From Vulcanimicrobiota bacterium (lineage in GTDB: Bacteria > Vulcanimicrobiota > Xenobia > Xenobiales > JADMJV01), in NCBI GenBank assembly GCA_050250895.1, contig JBFWNU010000001.1, forward strand, positions 32,001-96,000: a stretch of DNA of 64,000 bases, written 5' to 3'. Below are positions 55,836 to 64,000 of the stretch, piece after piece. Position numbers and translations under genes: made by a program. Under the pieces are notes generated by a model. It was not told the origin of the DNA. It was given only the letters and a program-made list of their open reading frames with translations, and made no database searches. The first letter of the stretch is position 1. Each line of letters begins with the position of its first letter.

Positions 55836-55980
55836 GAAGCCAGAATAGGCTAGCGGGTACAAAAAAGTCTGAAAGAGCCGGCTCTGGCGTTAAAGGGACG
55901 TCAAAACGGCGCCCAAAAGTTCACAACCTGCTTACCATCTCGCGCCCAGGAACGGTCCCGGCCAGACCGAAGGGCGCGCC

Positions 55981-56307
55981 ATGATCGATTGGTATTATCA
56001 CCGCAAGGGGTGAAAATCTTGTCAACGTGCGCAAGAGTCTCTTGCCGCTCAACAGTTACAACCCGCCGAGCAGGTCGACTGCAAGAAGCAGCCCCTGGAT
56101 CGGCCGGCCGTGGCCGAAATGCTGGCCAAACTCGACCGGGTCGTGGTCATCAACGGAAAGAAGATCCTCGAACTGGATCCCCAGCGTGAGTCTGAGCAGA
56201 TCCTCGAGACGGCCATCGGGCGGTCGGGCAACCTCAGGGCTCCCTCCCTGGTCCAGGACAAAACCCTGGTAGTGGGTTACAGCGCCGAAATCTACGCGGG
56301 CCTCTAA
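55981..56307 (+). CDS. ArsC-family selenoprotein (UxxC), 108 aa
   Basis: ATG 55981 gives MIDWYYHRKG-TGA(56011)-KSCQRAQ in frame with ...GRSGNLRAPSL...LVVGYS; hairpin 56031-56045 downstream of the TGA. Confidence 0.85.
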
Positions 56308-57041
56308 AAGCCGGTAGGCACATCGACGAAGCGAGTGGTCACACCGAAGCGCTGCTGCAACACCGGCATCAGGGCCTTCACGCCCCAGGTCTCGGTGGCG
56401 TAGTGACCGCCCAGCAAGACGTTGAGGCCGGCCTCTTTGGCGGCGTGGTAGATGGGGTGGCTGGCCTCGCCGGTCAAAAATAGCTGCGCTCCGGCCTCGA
56501 GGGCTTGATAAACCATGCCCAAGGAGGCCCCGCCTGAACTGACCGCGATGCGGCTGACCCGGTCTGGTCCGAAGGCCAGCAGCCGGGCCTCGACCCCCAG
56601 GAGTTGGGAAACCTGCGCCTGCAGCGCCTCGGCCGTCGTCTCGGGGCCGGTGGCGAACCAGCCGACGGGGGCGAACAGCTCAGCCCGCGAGAAGCCCAGC
56701 TTCTCGATGAGCTGGGCGTTGTTGCCCGCTTCGGCATGCAGGTCGAGCGGCAGATGCGAGCAGTAGAGGCCGATGTCGCGCTCGAGCAGATAGCCAAAAG
56801 AGCGGCGGTTGGGTCCGGTCAGGCTAGAAATCGATGGCCAGAACAGGCCGTGGTGCACCACCAGCAGCTGGCAGTCTTGCAGGAGTTCAAAGGTCTCGAG
56901 GCAGGCATCGACACAAAAACCGACCCGCTGAACCTCGTCAGCCCCTTCGACCTGCAGGCCATTGCTGCTGTAGCGGTCCACGACCCCGGCCGTGTCGAGG
57001 TAATCGTCGAGAAAGGCTACGATGTCGGCCGAGCGGGCCAC
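56304..57041 (-). CDS. Nif3-like dinuclear metal centre protein
   Basis: NGLQVEG, VHHGLFW, HLPLDLH..GNN, FLTGE, GHYATE. Confidence 0.92.
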   Translation of the reverse strand: MARSADIVAFLDDYLDTAGVVDRYSSNGLQVEGADEVQRVGFCVDACLETFELLQDCQLLVVHHGLFWPSISSLTGPNRRSFGYLLERDIGLYCSHLPLDLHAEAGNNAQLIEKLGFSRAELFAPVGWFATGPETTAEALQAQVSQLLGVEARLLAFGPDRVSRIAVSSGGASLGMVYQALEAGAQLFLTGEASHPIYHAAKEAGLNVLLGGHYATETWGVKALMPVLQQRFGVTTRFVDVPTGF

Positions 57042-57958
57042 TAATCGTCTCCCAGGGCGACCGCGATCTGAGCGGCCAGAAAGGCGTTCTGCAACAGCAA
57101 GGCGCGGTTGGCTTCGAGGGTTCGGCCGCCGCTGGCCCGGGCCAGATAGTCGAGCAGAAAGGGAGTCAGGATCTTGCCGGTCTGACCCTCGGCCTCGGCC
57201 CGGGCCAGGCCCTCCTTGAGCCACTGGTCCACCTGTTTGATCGGAATGGCGAACTCGTGGGGCACGGGCTGGGTCACCATCACGCCGCGGCCCAGCGCCT
57301 GTAGCGAGAGCTGCTGAGCCCGAGCGGCCTCCTTAGGCGAGTCGACCCGAAAGCCGATGTGAATTTTGCGCCCTTCGGTGTAGAACTGGGGAAAGGCGTC
57401 GGTAGCGTACATGGCTACCGGGATGCCCAGGGTTTCGAGCATCTCGACGGTGGCCGGAATGTCGAGCACCGACTTGACTCCGGAGCAGACGGTCAGACAG
57501 CGGGTGCGGGCCAACTGCCCCAGGTCGGCCGAGTAGTCGGGGCGCTGGTTCCAGTTGAGGTGGATCCCACCCACTCCGCCCGTGGCCATGACCCCGATGG
57601 CGGCGTGTTCGGCCGCGCAGAGCGTGGCGGACACGGTGGTGGCTCCGCTCGATTTTTTGGCCAACACTCCGGGCAGGTCGCCGACTCCGACCTTGAGCAG
57701 GTCGCGGCGTCCACACAGCTCTTGCAACTGCGTCTGATCAAAGCCGAACCGCATCCGGCCCTGGTCGAGCCAGACCACGGCCGGCACCGCGCCACCGCGG
57801 CGGACCTGGGCGCCCATTTCCAGGGCTACCTCATAGTTGATAGGACGCGGCAAGCCCTGCGCCCAGACCGAAGACTCGAGGGCGACCACCGGCTTGCCAT
57901 CAGCGAGCGCGTCGGCCACCTCTTCAGAAAGTTCAACCCAAAGTGGAAGTGATGTCAT
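57041..57958 (-). CDS. psuG: Pseudouridine-5'-phosphate glycosidase (IndA family)
   Basis: VVALES, ATTVSAT, ATGGVGGIH, SADL, GVKSVLD, GKILTPFLL. Confidence 0.88.
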   Translation of the reverse strand: MTSLPLWVELSEEVADALADGKPVVALESSVWAQGLPRPINYEVALEMGAQVRRGGAVPAVVWLDQGRMRFGFDQTQLQELCGRRDLLKVGVGDLPGVLAKKSSGATTVSATLCAAEHAAIGVMATGGVGGIHLNWNQRPDYSADLGQLARTRCLTVCSGVKSVLDIPATVEMLETLGIPVAMYATDAFPQFYTEGRKIHIGFRVDSPKEAARAQQLSLQALGRGVMVTQPVPHEFAIPIKQVDQWLKEGLARAEAEGQTGKILTPFLLDYLARASGGRTLEANRALLLQNAFLAAQIAVALGDD

Positions 57959-57995
57959 GGCAGCCTAACCTGCGCTCGCCCGAAGCCAAAATCCT

Positions 57996-59270
57996 CTAAA
58001 CCGGAGCGCCGCAGGGCGAGGTGAGAATGGTGTTGACGGTGACCCCGTTCTTGATGATCACCCGCACCAGGTTGACGCCGAAGCGATAGACCAGATGACG
58101 CCAATCCGGGGCGTCGAGTACCAGCAGGTCGGCCTGCTTGCCGACTTCGAGGCTGCCCACCCGCTGGCCACGGCCTAGACTGTGGGCGGCGTTGACGGTG
58201 GCTGCCAGCAGGGCCTCTTCGGGAGTCATCTTCATCTTGATGACGGCCAGGGCCATCGACATCGGCATCGACTCGGTCATACACGAGCCGGCGTTGAAAT
58301 CGGTGCCCAGCGCCACCGGCAGGTCGGCCTCGAGCAGCGGGCGGGCCGGAGCGTAGAGATCCATGTCGAGAAAGAACGAGGTGCCGGGAATCATCACCGG
58401 GATCGTTCCTCCCGCTCGCAAGGCCTCGAAGTCGTCGCTGCGCAGGCACTGCAGGTGGTCGGCGGTGGCCGCCCCCAACTCGGCCGCCATACGAGCCCCG
58501 CCCAGATAGTTGAACTCTTCGGCGTGGATGCGAAGGCCAAAACCCAGATCGCGACTGGCCTCGAGCACCTGGCGCGACTCTTCGAGAGTGAAAGCGCCCA
58601 CCTCGCAGAAGACATCGGAATACTCGGCCAGTCCCTGCTCGCACACGGCCGGAAGCAGCTCGTCGGTGACGGTGCGTAAGAAGTCCTGGCGTCGGTCGGC
58701 GTATTCGGGGGGCAGCGCGTGGGCCCCCAGACAGGTGGTCACGACCTCGACCGGCACCTGTTCAGCCGCTTGCCGCAAGATGCGCAGATGGCGCAACTCT
58801 TGCTCGACAGCCAGGCCGTAGCCGCTCTTGGCCTCGAGGGTGGTGGTGCCATGGGCCAGCATGCGCTCCATGACCTGGCAGGTCGACCGTAGCAACTCTT
58901 CGTCGCTGGCCCCACAGGTAGCCTTGACGGTGCTGGCGATGCCGCCGCCGGCGGCGTGGATCTCTTGATAGCTCGCCCCCCGGGCCCGCATGATGAACTC
59001 GCCGATGCGCGAGCCGGCAAAGAGGGGGTGGGAGTGGGCGTCGACCAGGCCGGGAATGACCGAGGAATCGGGCAACTCCAGATGATCGCCCGACCAGTGG
59101 CGTCGAACTTGCGCGGTGGGACCGACGGCCACGATGCGGTCTTTGACCATCGCCACCGAGCCGTTCTCGATCACCCCGACCTCTTGCATCCGGTGGCCCG
59201 AGCGCGCACTCCCCCCGGGCGCGCAGGTCACCACCTGGCGGGCCGAGACGATCAGATCAGCTGTTTGCAT
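57996..59270 (-). CDS. hutI: Imidazolonepropionase
   Basis: PGLVDAHSHPLFAG, GTTTLEAKSGYGL, DVFCE, HAEE, ADHL, GTDFNAGS. Confidence 0.93.
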   Translation of the reverse strand: MQTADLIVSARQVVTCAPGGSARSGHRMQEVGVIENGSVAMVKDRIVAVGPTAQVRRHWSGDHLELPDSSVIPGLVDAHSHPLFAGSRIGEFIMRARGASYQEIHAAGGGIASTVKATCGASDEELLRSTCQVMERMLAHGTTTLEAKSGYGLAVEQELRHLRILRQAAEQVPVEVVTTCLGAHALPPEYADRRQDFLRTVTDELLPAVCEQGLAEYSDVFCEVGAFTLEESRQVLEASRDLGFGLRIHAEEFNYLGGARMAAELGAATADHLQCLRSDDFEALRAGGTIPVMIPGTSFFLDMDLYAPARPLLEADLPVALGTDFNAGSCMTESMPMSMALAVIKMKMTPEEALLAATVNAAHSLGRGQRVGSLEVGKQADLLVLDAPDWRHLVYRFGVNLVRVIIKNGVTVNTILTSPCGAPV

Positions 59271-60174
59271 AGTTCCCCCTCAGCAGCAGCTGATGCTCGA
59301 GCACCTGCTCGGCCCGAAAACCGTTTAGCTGCAAATAATATCTTCCCACTTCGGCCAGGGCCTCGAGCGGGCAAAGTCCGATCAACTCGCTCGACTCGAT
59401 CGTGACACCGTGGCGGCGCGCCTCGACCTTGACCATTTCGAAAGCCTGATAAAAGCCGGTGGTCAGGGGCCGGGTCAGATTCATCGACACCTGCACCCGA
59501 CCCTGGTGCTCGAGTGACACCCCCAGAGCCCGCACCGACACTAACCCCCCGCCGCCCTCGCGAATGCGCCGGGCGATGGCCTGGGCAATCTCGAGCTTGT
59601 CGGTCCCGAGCACGATGTTGTAGGCCAGCAAAGGCCCGCGCGCACCGATGACGGTGGCGCCCAGACGCGGGTGCAGTTGGGCCGGCCCAAGGTCGGGAGT
59701 CAACTCCTGGTGGGCCAGCCTCAGGCGAAGCCCCTCGAGCCCGCCCCGGCGCAACTCGGGCAAGAGTCGATGCTCGGGCTTGCGAGCCGCCTCTTCATAG
59801 AGAAAAACCGGCACCTGGTGACGCTCGGCCACGGCCTCGGCCAGGCTCACGGCCAGCTCGCGAGCCTGCTCCATGGTAGCTTGCCAGACCGGCACGAACG
59901 GCACCACGTCGATCGCACCCACCCGCGGGTGCTCGCCCTGATGCCCCTCCAGGTCGAGGTGTTGGCTGGCCCAGTCAAAGATCTCGAGCATGGCCGCACG
60001 CAGCGGGTCGGCCGACCCCAGCAGAGTGTAAACGGCCCGATGATGATCGCGGTCCCAGGAATGATCGGCGAGATGGACCCCCTCAACGCCCGTCAGGCGC
60101 TCGGCGAGCTCGAGCAACAGCTCGGGACGCCGACCCTCGGAGAGGTTGGGTATACATTGGAATACGGGTTCCAC
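59257..60174 (-). CDS. ftcD: Glutamate formimidoyltransferase
   Basis: CIPNLSEGR, DHHRAVYT, HQGEHPRVGAIDVVPFVP, GARGPLLAYN, QVSMNL. Confidence 0.93.
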   Translation of the reverse strand: MEPVFQCIPNLSEGRRPELLLELAERLTGVEGVHLADHSWDRDHHRAVYTLLGSADPLRAAMLEIFDWASQHLDLEGHQGEHPRVGAIDVVPFVPVWQATMEQARELAVSLAEAVAERHQVPVFLYEEAARKPEHRLLPELRRGGLEGLRLRLAHQELTPDLGPAQLHPRLGATVIGARGPLLAYNIVLGTDKLEIAQAIARRIREGGGGLVSVRALGVSLEHQGRVQVSMNLTRPLTTGFYQAFEMVKVEARRHGVTIESSELIGLCPLEALAEVGRYYLQLNGFRAEQVLEHQLLLRGNYANS

Positions 60175-60246
60175 CCCCGCCTATTCTGGCCGTTAAATGT
60201 GGTTCCTTTGCGGGAAACGCCAGCCCTCATTTCGAACACGCCGCCC

Positions 60247-60585
60247 ATGCAATTGCTGGAACAGCACAAGCTCGACGAGATGGTGAAATCGTTCGGAAGT
60301 GAACTGGTGCTAGAACTGCTGGACCGCATGCTGGGGATGGACATCGCCAAGATCCGCCTTACTGTCGAGCAGGATGATCTGGCCTCGGCCGAGCTGATGT
60401 TGCACCGTCTCAACTCGGATTCAGGCTGGCTGGGGGCCGACCGGTTACACGAACAGGCCGAGCGCCTCGAACAACAGGCCGCCGAGCGTCAAGCCGAGGC
60501 CTTGCGAGCGGGCCTCGACGGACTCGAGGAACTGTTTGCCCTGACCCTGCCGCTGCTGAGCCAGGCCCGTGGACGGCTGGCGTGA
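60247..60585 (+). CDS. Hpt (histidine phosphotransfer)-like domain protein
   Basis: All-helical; LHRLNSDSGWLGA resembles HxLKGSSxxLGA. Confidence 0.65.
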   Translation: MQLLEQHKLDEMVKSFGSELVLELLDRMLGMDIAKIRLTVEQDDLASAELMLHRLNSDSGWLGADRLHEQAERLEQQAAERQAEALRAGLDGLEELFALTLPLLSQARGRLA

Positions 60586-61484
60586 AAATTCTGGCTCCGG
60601 CCACCACCGCCAATCTAGGGCCCGGCTTTGACACCCTCGGCCTGGCCCTGGCCCTTTACAACGAACTCGAGGTGACCACCACCGACGAGCCCGGCATTCA
60701 CATCGAGGTGCTGGGGGAAGGGGCCGCCGAACTGCCGGCCGACGCCTCGCACCTGGCTGTGAAAGCGCTCGGCCGCGTGCTCGAGCGAGCCGGAGAGAAG
60801 CTGGCCTCGGGGCTGAGGTTGCGCCAGCTCAACCGGCTGCCCCTGGCCCGCGGCCTGGGCTCGAGCGCCGCCGCCATCGTGGCCGGCGTGGTGGCGGGGG
60901 TGTGTCTGTTGCGGCTGGAGGGCGTCGACGTCGTGGCCGAGGCCACCGCCCTGGAAGGTCATCCTGACAACGTAGCTCCCTGCTATCTGGGTGGTCTGGT
61001 GGCCAGTTGTCAAAGCGGAGAGCGGACTTTTGCCTGCGGCCTGCCCATTCACGAGTGCTGGCGAGTGGCCGTGGCCGTGCCCGAGTTTCAGCTGACCACG
61101 GCCCGGGCCCGAGCGGCCCTGCCCGACCGCTATACCCGCCAGCAGGCCGTCTTCAACCTGGCCCGCCTGCCGCTCTTGACGGCCGGACTGGCCCAGGGCC
61201 GGGGTGACCTGGTTCGCGAGGGGACCCGCGACGCCATCCACCAGCCCTATCGCCTGGAGCTGATCCCGGGGGCCGCCCAGGTCATCGAGGCGGCCTGCGA
61301 GGCCGGCGCCGAGGGCGCCTTCATCTCCGGCGCCGGGCCCACCATGGCCGCCCTGGTCGACGCCCGTCGCCACCAGGCCGAAGCGGTGGGGCAGGCCATG
61401 GTCGAGGCCTTCGCCGCGGCCGGAGTGAAGGCTGCCTGGCAGACTCTCGAGGTGGATCGCCAGGGATGTCGGATCTTGACCTAG
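60582..61484 (+). CDS. thrB: Homoserine kinase
   Basis: PATTANLGPGFDTLGLAL, PLARGLGSSAAA, EGHPDNVAP, ISGAGPT. Confidence 0.96.
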   Translation: MKILAPATTANLGPGFDTLGLALALYNELEVTTTDEPGIHIEVLGEGAAELPADASHLAVKALGRVLERAGEKLASGLRLRQLNRLPLARGLGSSAAAIVAGVVAGVCLLRLEGVDVVAEATALEGHPDNVAPCYLGGLVASCQSGERTFACGLPIHECWRVAVAVPEFQLTTARARAALPDRYTRQQAVFNLARLPLLTAGLAQGRGDLVREGTRDAIHQPYRLELIPGAAQVIEAACEAGAEGAFISGAGPTMAALVDARRHQAEAVGQAMVEAFAAAGVKAAWQTLEVDRQGCRILT

Positions 61485-62764
61485 AGCGCCGGTTCTCGGC
61501 CGAGCTTCTGCCCTCCGGGCCCTGGATGGTGGCCCTCTCGGGGGGCGGCGACTCGGTCGCCTTGCTGCATGTGGTGGTCCGACTGGGCTATCCGGTCGAG
61601 GCCGCGCATCTCGACCACGCTCTGCGCGCCGAGTCCGAGGCCGACCGAATCTTCTGTCAGGAACTTTGCGCCCGCCTGGCTGTGCCATTCCACTGGAAGC
61701 GGGTCGAAGTGGCCAGCCTGGGACAATCCTCCGAGGCGGCCGGCCGCGAGGCCCGTTACCGGTTCTTGGCCGAACTGGGATTGCCGGTGCTGACCGCTCA
61801 CACCCTCGACGACCAGGCCGAGACGGTACTGATGCGCTGTATCGAGGGCACCGGTCTGGCCGGCCTGAGCGGCATCGAGCCGCAGCGCCAGGACGGCGTC
61901 CACCGCCCTCTGCTGGGTTTTCGCCGCGAGCAGTTGCGAGCCTACCTCAGGGCCCTGGGGGAAAGCTGGCGGGAAGACCCCACCAACCAGTCCGACCAAC
62001 CCCGCAGCCGCATTCGGCACCAACTGCTGCCCCGGCTCGAGGAGTGGAATCCCAGAGTCTGCAAAGCCCTCGTCGGTCTGGCCGACGAAGCCCGGCTGAC
62101 CAACGATATGCTCACGGAGATGGCCCGCCGAGAACTCGACCGCCAACCCGATCCTCAGCGCTTGTCGATCGCTCGCCTCAAGGCTTTGCATCCGGCCCTG
62201 CAGCGCCAGGTCCTGCGGCTGGCCTGCCGCGAGCGGTTGGGACGCGTCCACCTGGAGGCCCTGGTCGAATTGCTCGACAAAGAATCAGGCAAGCGGATCC
62301 TCTTGCCCGGACGTCGCCAGGTGCGTCGCCAGCAAGGCGAACTGATTCTCGAGGAGCTGCGCAGCCAGCGGCCGCCCCCCTCCCCGACCCCCTTCGAGTT
62401 AAGGCCGGGAGTCCAGGATTTTGCCGGGTTCGGCCTGCGTCTACGAGTGGAGCGCTCGGCCGCAGCGGCCCGCTCGTCGTGGGAGGTCGTCCTCGATGCG
62501 GACCGGCTAACCGGCAACCTGGTGGTCCGGTCGCGCCGCCCCGGCGACAAAATGCGCCTGACCCGAGCAGAGGGCAGCCAGAGTTTGAAGAAGTTCTTCC
62601 AGCAACAGGCAATACCCGATCACGAGCGAGACTTCATTCCTATCCTGGCTCATCGCGGCGCTCCGGTATGGGTCATCGGCCATTGCGTCGATGTTCGCTA
62701 CCTGGCCGGCGAGTCTACGAGCCGGGCTTATCGGCTGCAAGCCGAAACCCTTACGCAGGAGTGA
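61466..62764 (+). CDS. tilS: tRNA(Ile)-lysidine synthase
   Basis: ALSGGGDSVAL, REARY, TAHTLDDQAETVL, RPLL, EDPTN. Confidence 0.95.
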   Translation: MSDLDLERRFSAELLPSGPWMVALSGGGDSVALLHVVVRLGYPVEAAHLDHALRAESEADRIFCQELCARLAVPFHWKRVEVASLGQSSEAAGREARYRFLAELGLPVLTAHTLDDQAETVLMRCIEGTGLAGLSGIEPQRQDGVHRPLLGFRREQLRAYLRALGESWREDPTNQSDQPRSRIRHQLLPRLEEWNPRVCKALVGLADEARLTNDMLTEMARRELDRQPDPQRLSIARLKALHPALQRQVLRLACRERLGRVHLEALVELLDKESGKRILLPGRRQVRRQQGELILEELRSQRPPPSPTPFELRPGVQDFAGFGLRLRVERSAAAARSSWEVVLDADRLTGNLVVRSRRPGDKMRLTRAEGSQSLKKFFQQQAIPDHERDFIPILAHRGAPVWVIGHCVDVRYLAGESTSRAYRLQAETLTQE

Positions 62765-62854
62765 GGTCTCACCCATCGAAGGCCGCCGACTCGCAACTGT
62801 CGAAGACTCTGGGGGCCCTTCTTCAGGTGTAAGCGGATAGGAGAGAACATTTCA

Positions 62855-64000
62855 TTGTCCAGAATGGTGCGACATGTGATCATACTGTCGGTGGCCTGCC
62901 TACTGGTGCTGCTGTATTTCTACAGCGTCCAGCAAGCTACCGCCCCCAAGGCGATCAAATACAGCGAGTTCCTGCAAGAACTGCAGAAGGACAACATCGC
63001 CGAGGTGACCATCGAGGGCTCGGGCACCCGCCTTACCGGAACCTACAAAAACGTCAAAGACGACCAGGCCCCCAAAAAGTTCTTTACCAACTTCCGCGCC
63101 GAGATGAACCCTTCGCCCGAGCAAGAGATCGTCGATCGAGGCGTGCCCCTTACCGTCAAACAGGCCGAGGGCGACCAGTGGTGGAGTTACCTGTTGCAAC
63201 TGTTACCGCTGGTGCTGGTCTTCGGATTTCTCTTCTTTATCGTGCGCCAGGCTCAATCGTCCGGCGGCCAGGCCTTCTCCTTCGGGCGCTCCAAGCACAA
63301 ACTGGTTTCAGAGAACCGGGTCAAGGTCACTTTCGATGATGTGGCTGGCGTGGGCGAAGCCAAGGAAGAGTTGACCGAGGTGGTCGACTATCTCAAGTAT
63401 CCCAAGAAGTATCAGAAGGTCGGCGCGCGCATCCCCAAAGGCGTGCTGCTGGTCGGTGCCCCGGGAACGGGTAAGACCTTGCTGGGTCGCGCCGTGGCCG
63501 GCGAGGCGGGCGTGCCCTTCTACTACATCAGCGGTTCTGACTTTGTCGAGATGTTCGTGGGCGTGGGCGCCTCGCGTGTGCGCGACCTGTTCGAGCAAGC
63601 CAAGAAAACTTCACCCTGCATCGTATTTGTCGACGAGATCGACGCCGTCGGCCGCCAGCGTGGCGCCGGCCTGGGCGGGGGCCACGACGAGCGCGAGCAG
63701 ACCCTCAACCAGTTGCTGGTCGAAATGGACGGCTTCGAGGCCAACCAGAACGTGATCGTGCTGGCCGCCACCAACCGCCCTGACGTGCTCGACCCGGCCC
63801 TGCTTCGGCCGGGCCGCTTCGACCGCCGAGTGGTGGTCGACAAGCCCGACATCGCCGGGCGCCTGGCCATTCTCAAGGTCCATAGCCGCGGCAAGCCACT
63901 GGCCAGCGAGGTCGAACTGCAGCTGCTGGCCCGCCGCACCCCCGGGTTCTCGGGGGCCGACCTCGAAAACCTGCTCAACGAAGCGGCCCTGCAAGCAGCC
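62855..64000 (+). CDS. ftsH: ATP-dependent zinc metalloprotease FtsH, 5' part (runs off right edge)
   Basis: TTG start after AGGAG; two TM segments, [61 protein letters not shown]. Confidence 0.95.
   Translation, partial: MSRMVRHVIILSVACLLVLLYFYSVQQATAPKAIKYSEFLQELQKDNIAEVTIEGSGTRLTGTYKNVKDDQAPKKFFTNFRAEMNPSPEQEIVDRGVPLTVKQAEGDQWWSYLLQLLPLVLVFGFLFFIVRQAQSSGGQAFSFGRSKHKLVSENRVKVTFDDVAGVGEAKEELTEVVDYLKYPKKYQKVGARIPKGVLLVGAPGTGKTLLGRAVAGEAGVPFYYISGSDFVEMFVGVGASRVRDLFEQAKKTSPCIVFVDEIDAVGRQRGAGLGGGHDEREQTLNQLLVEMDGFEANQNVIVLAATNRPDVLDPALLRPGRFDRRVVVDKPDIAGRLAILKVHSRGKPLASEVELQLLARRTPGFSGADLENLLNEAALQAA

Noticed and set aside
57041-57958. psuG as a secondary-metabolite C-glycosynthase because of divergent motifs and no adjacent psuK
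   Set aside because: Core Glu, SAD and Lys residues are retained and neighbours are catabolic or housekeeping genes

Overview
GC-rich bacterial chromosomal segment. Gene orders (ffh-rpsP-khpA-ylqD-rimM-trmD, cdaA-cdaR-glmM, tilS-ftsH) point to a Terrabacteria-type lineage; Eremiobacterota/Vulcanimicrobiota is my inference, not established. Most of the window is housekeeping or metabolic (cysD/cysNC, RNase G, glgP, clpS, speD/speE, gloB, rpsT, hutI/ftcD, psuG, thrB). The first 17 kb is accessory and defence-like: vapBC, a 2,400-aa sacsin-type GHKL ATPase ending in a transglutaminase-like Cys-His-Asp domain, a HEPN-MNT pair, and an Rpn nuclease whose expected internal antitoxin start appears to be AGG. 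Features absent or incomplete in the ORF track: a 6S RNA driven by a symmetric divergent promoter shared with rpsT, a UxxC ArsC-family selenoprotein, an EEP-family lipoprotein running off the left edge and ftsH running off the right edge. Other unusual loci: a eukaryotic-type glutathione synthetase; a cluster of a possible ABBA prenyltransferase, a SAM methyltransferase and an RRE-like/BpsA/SpeE fusion; a cysteine-depleted CoxS-like gene next to an orphan FAD subunit; and five intergenic repeat regions, including a 20-copy REP-like mosaic that is not CRISPR. All calls come from reading motifs by eye; no database searches were run.
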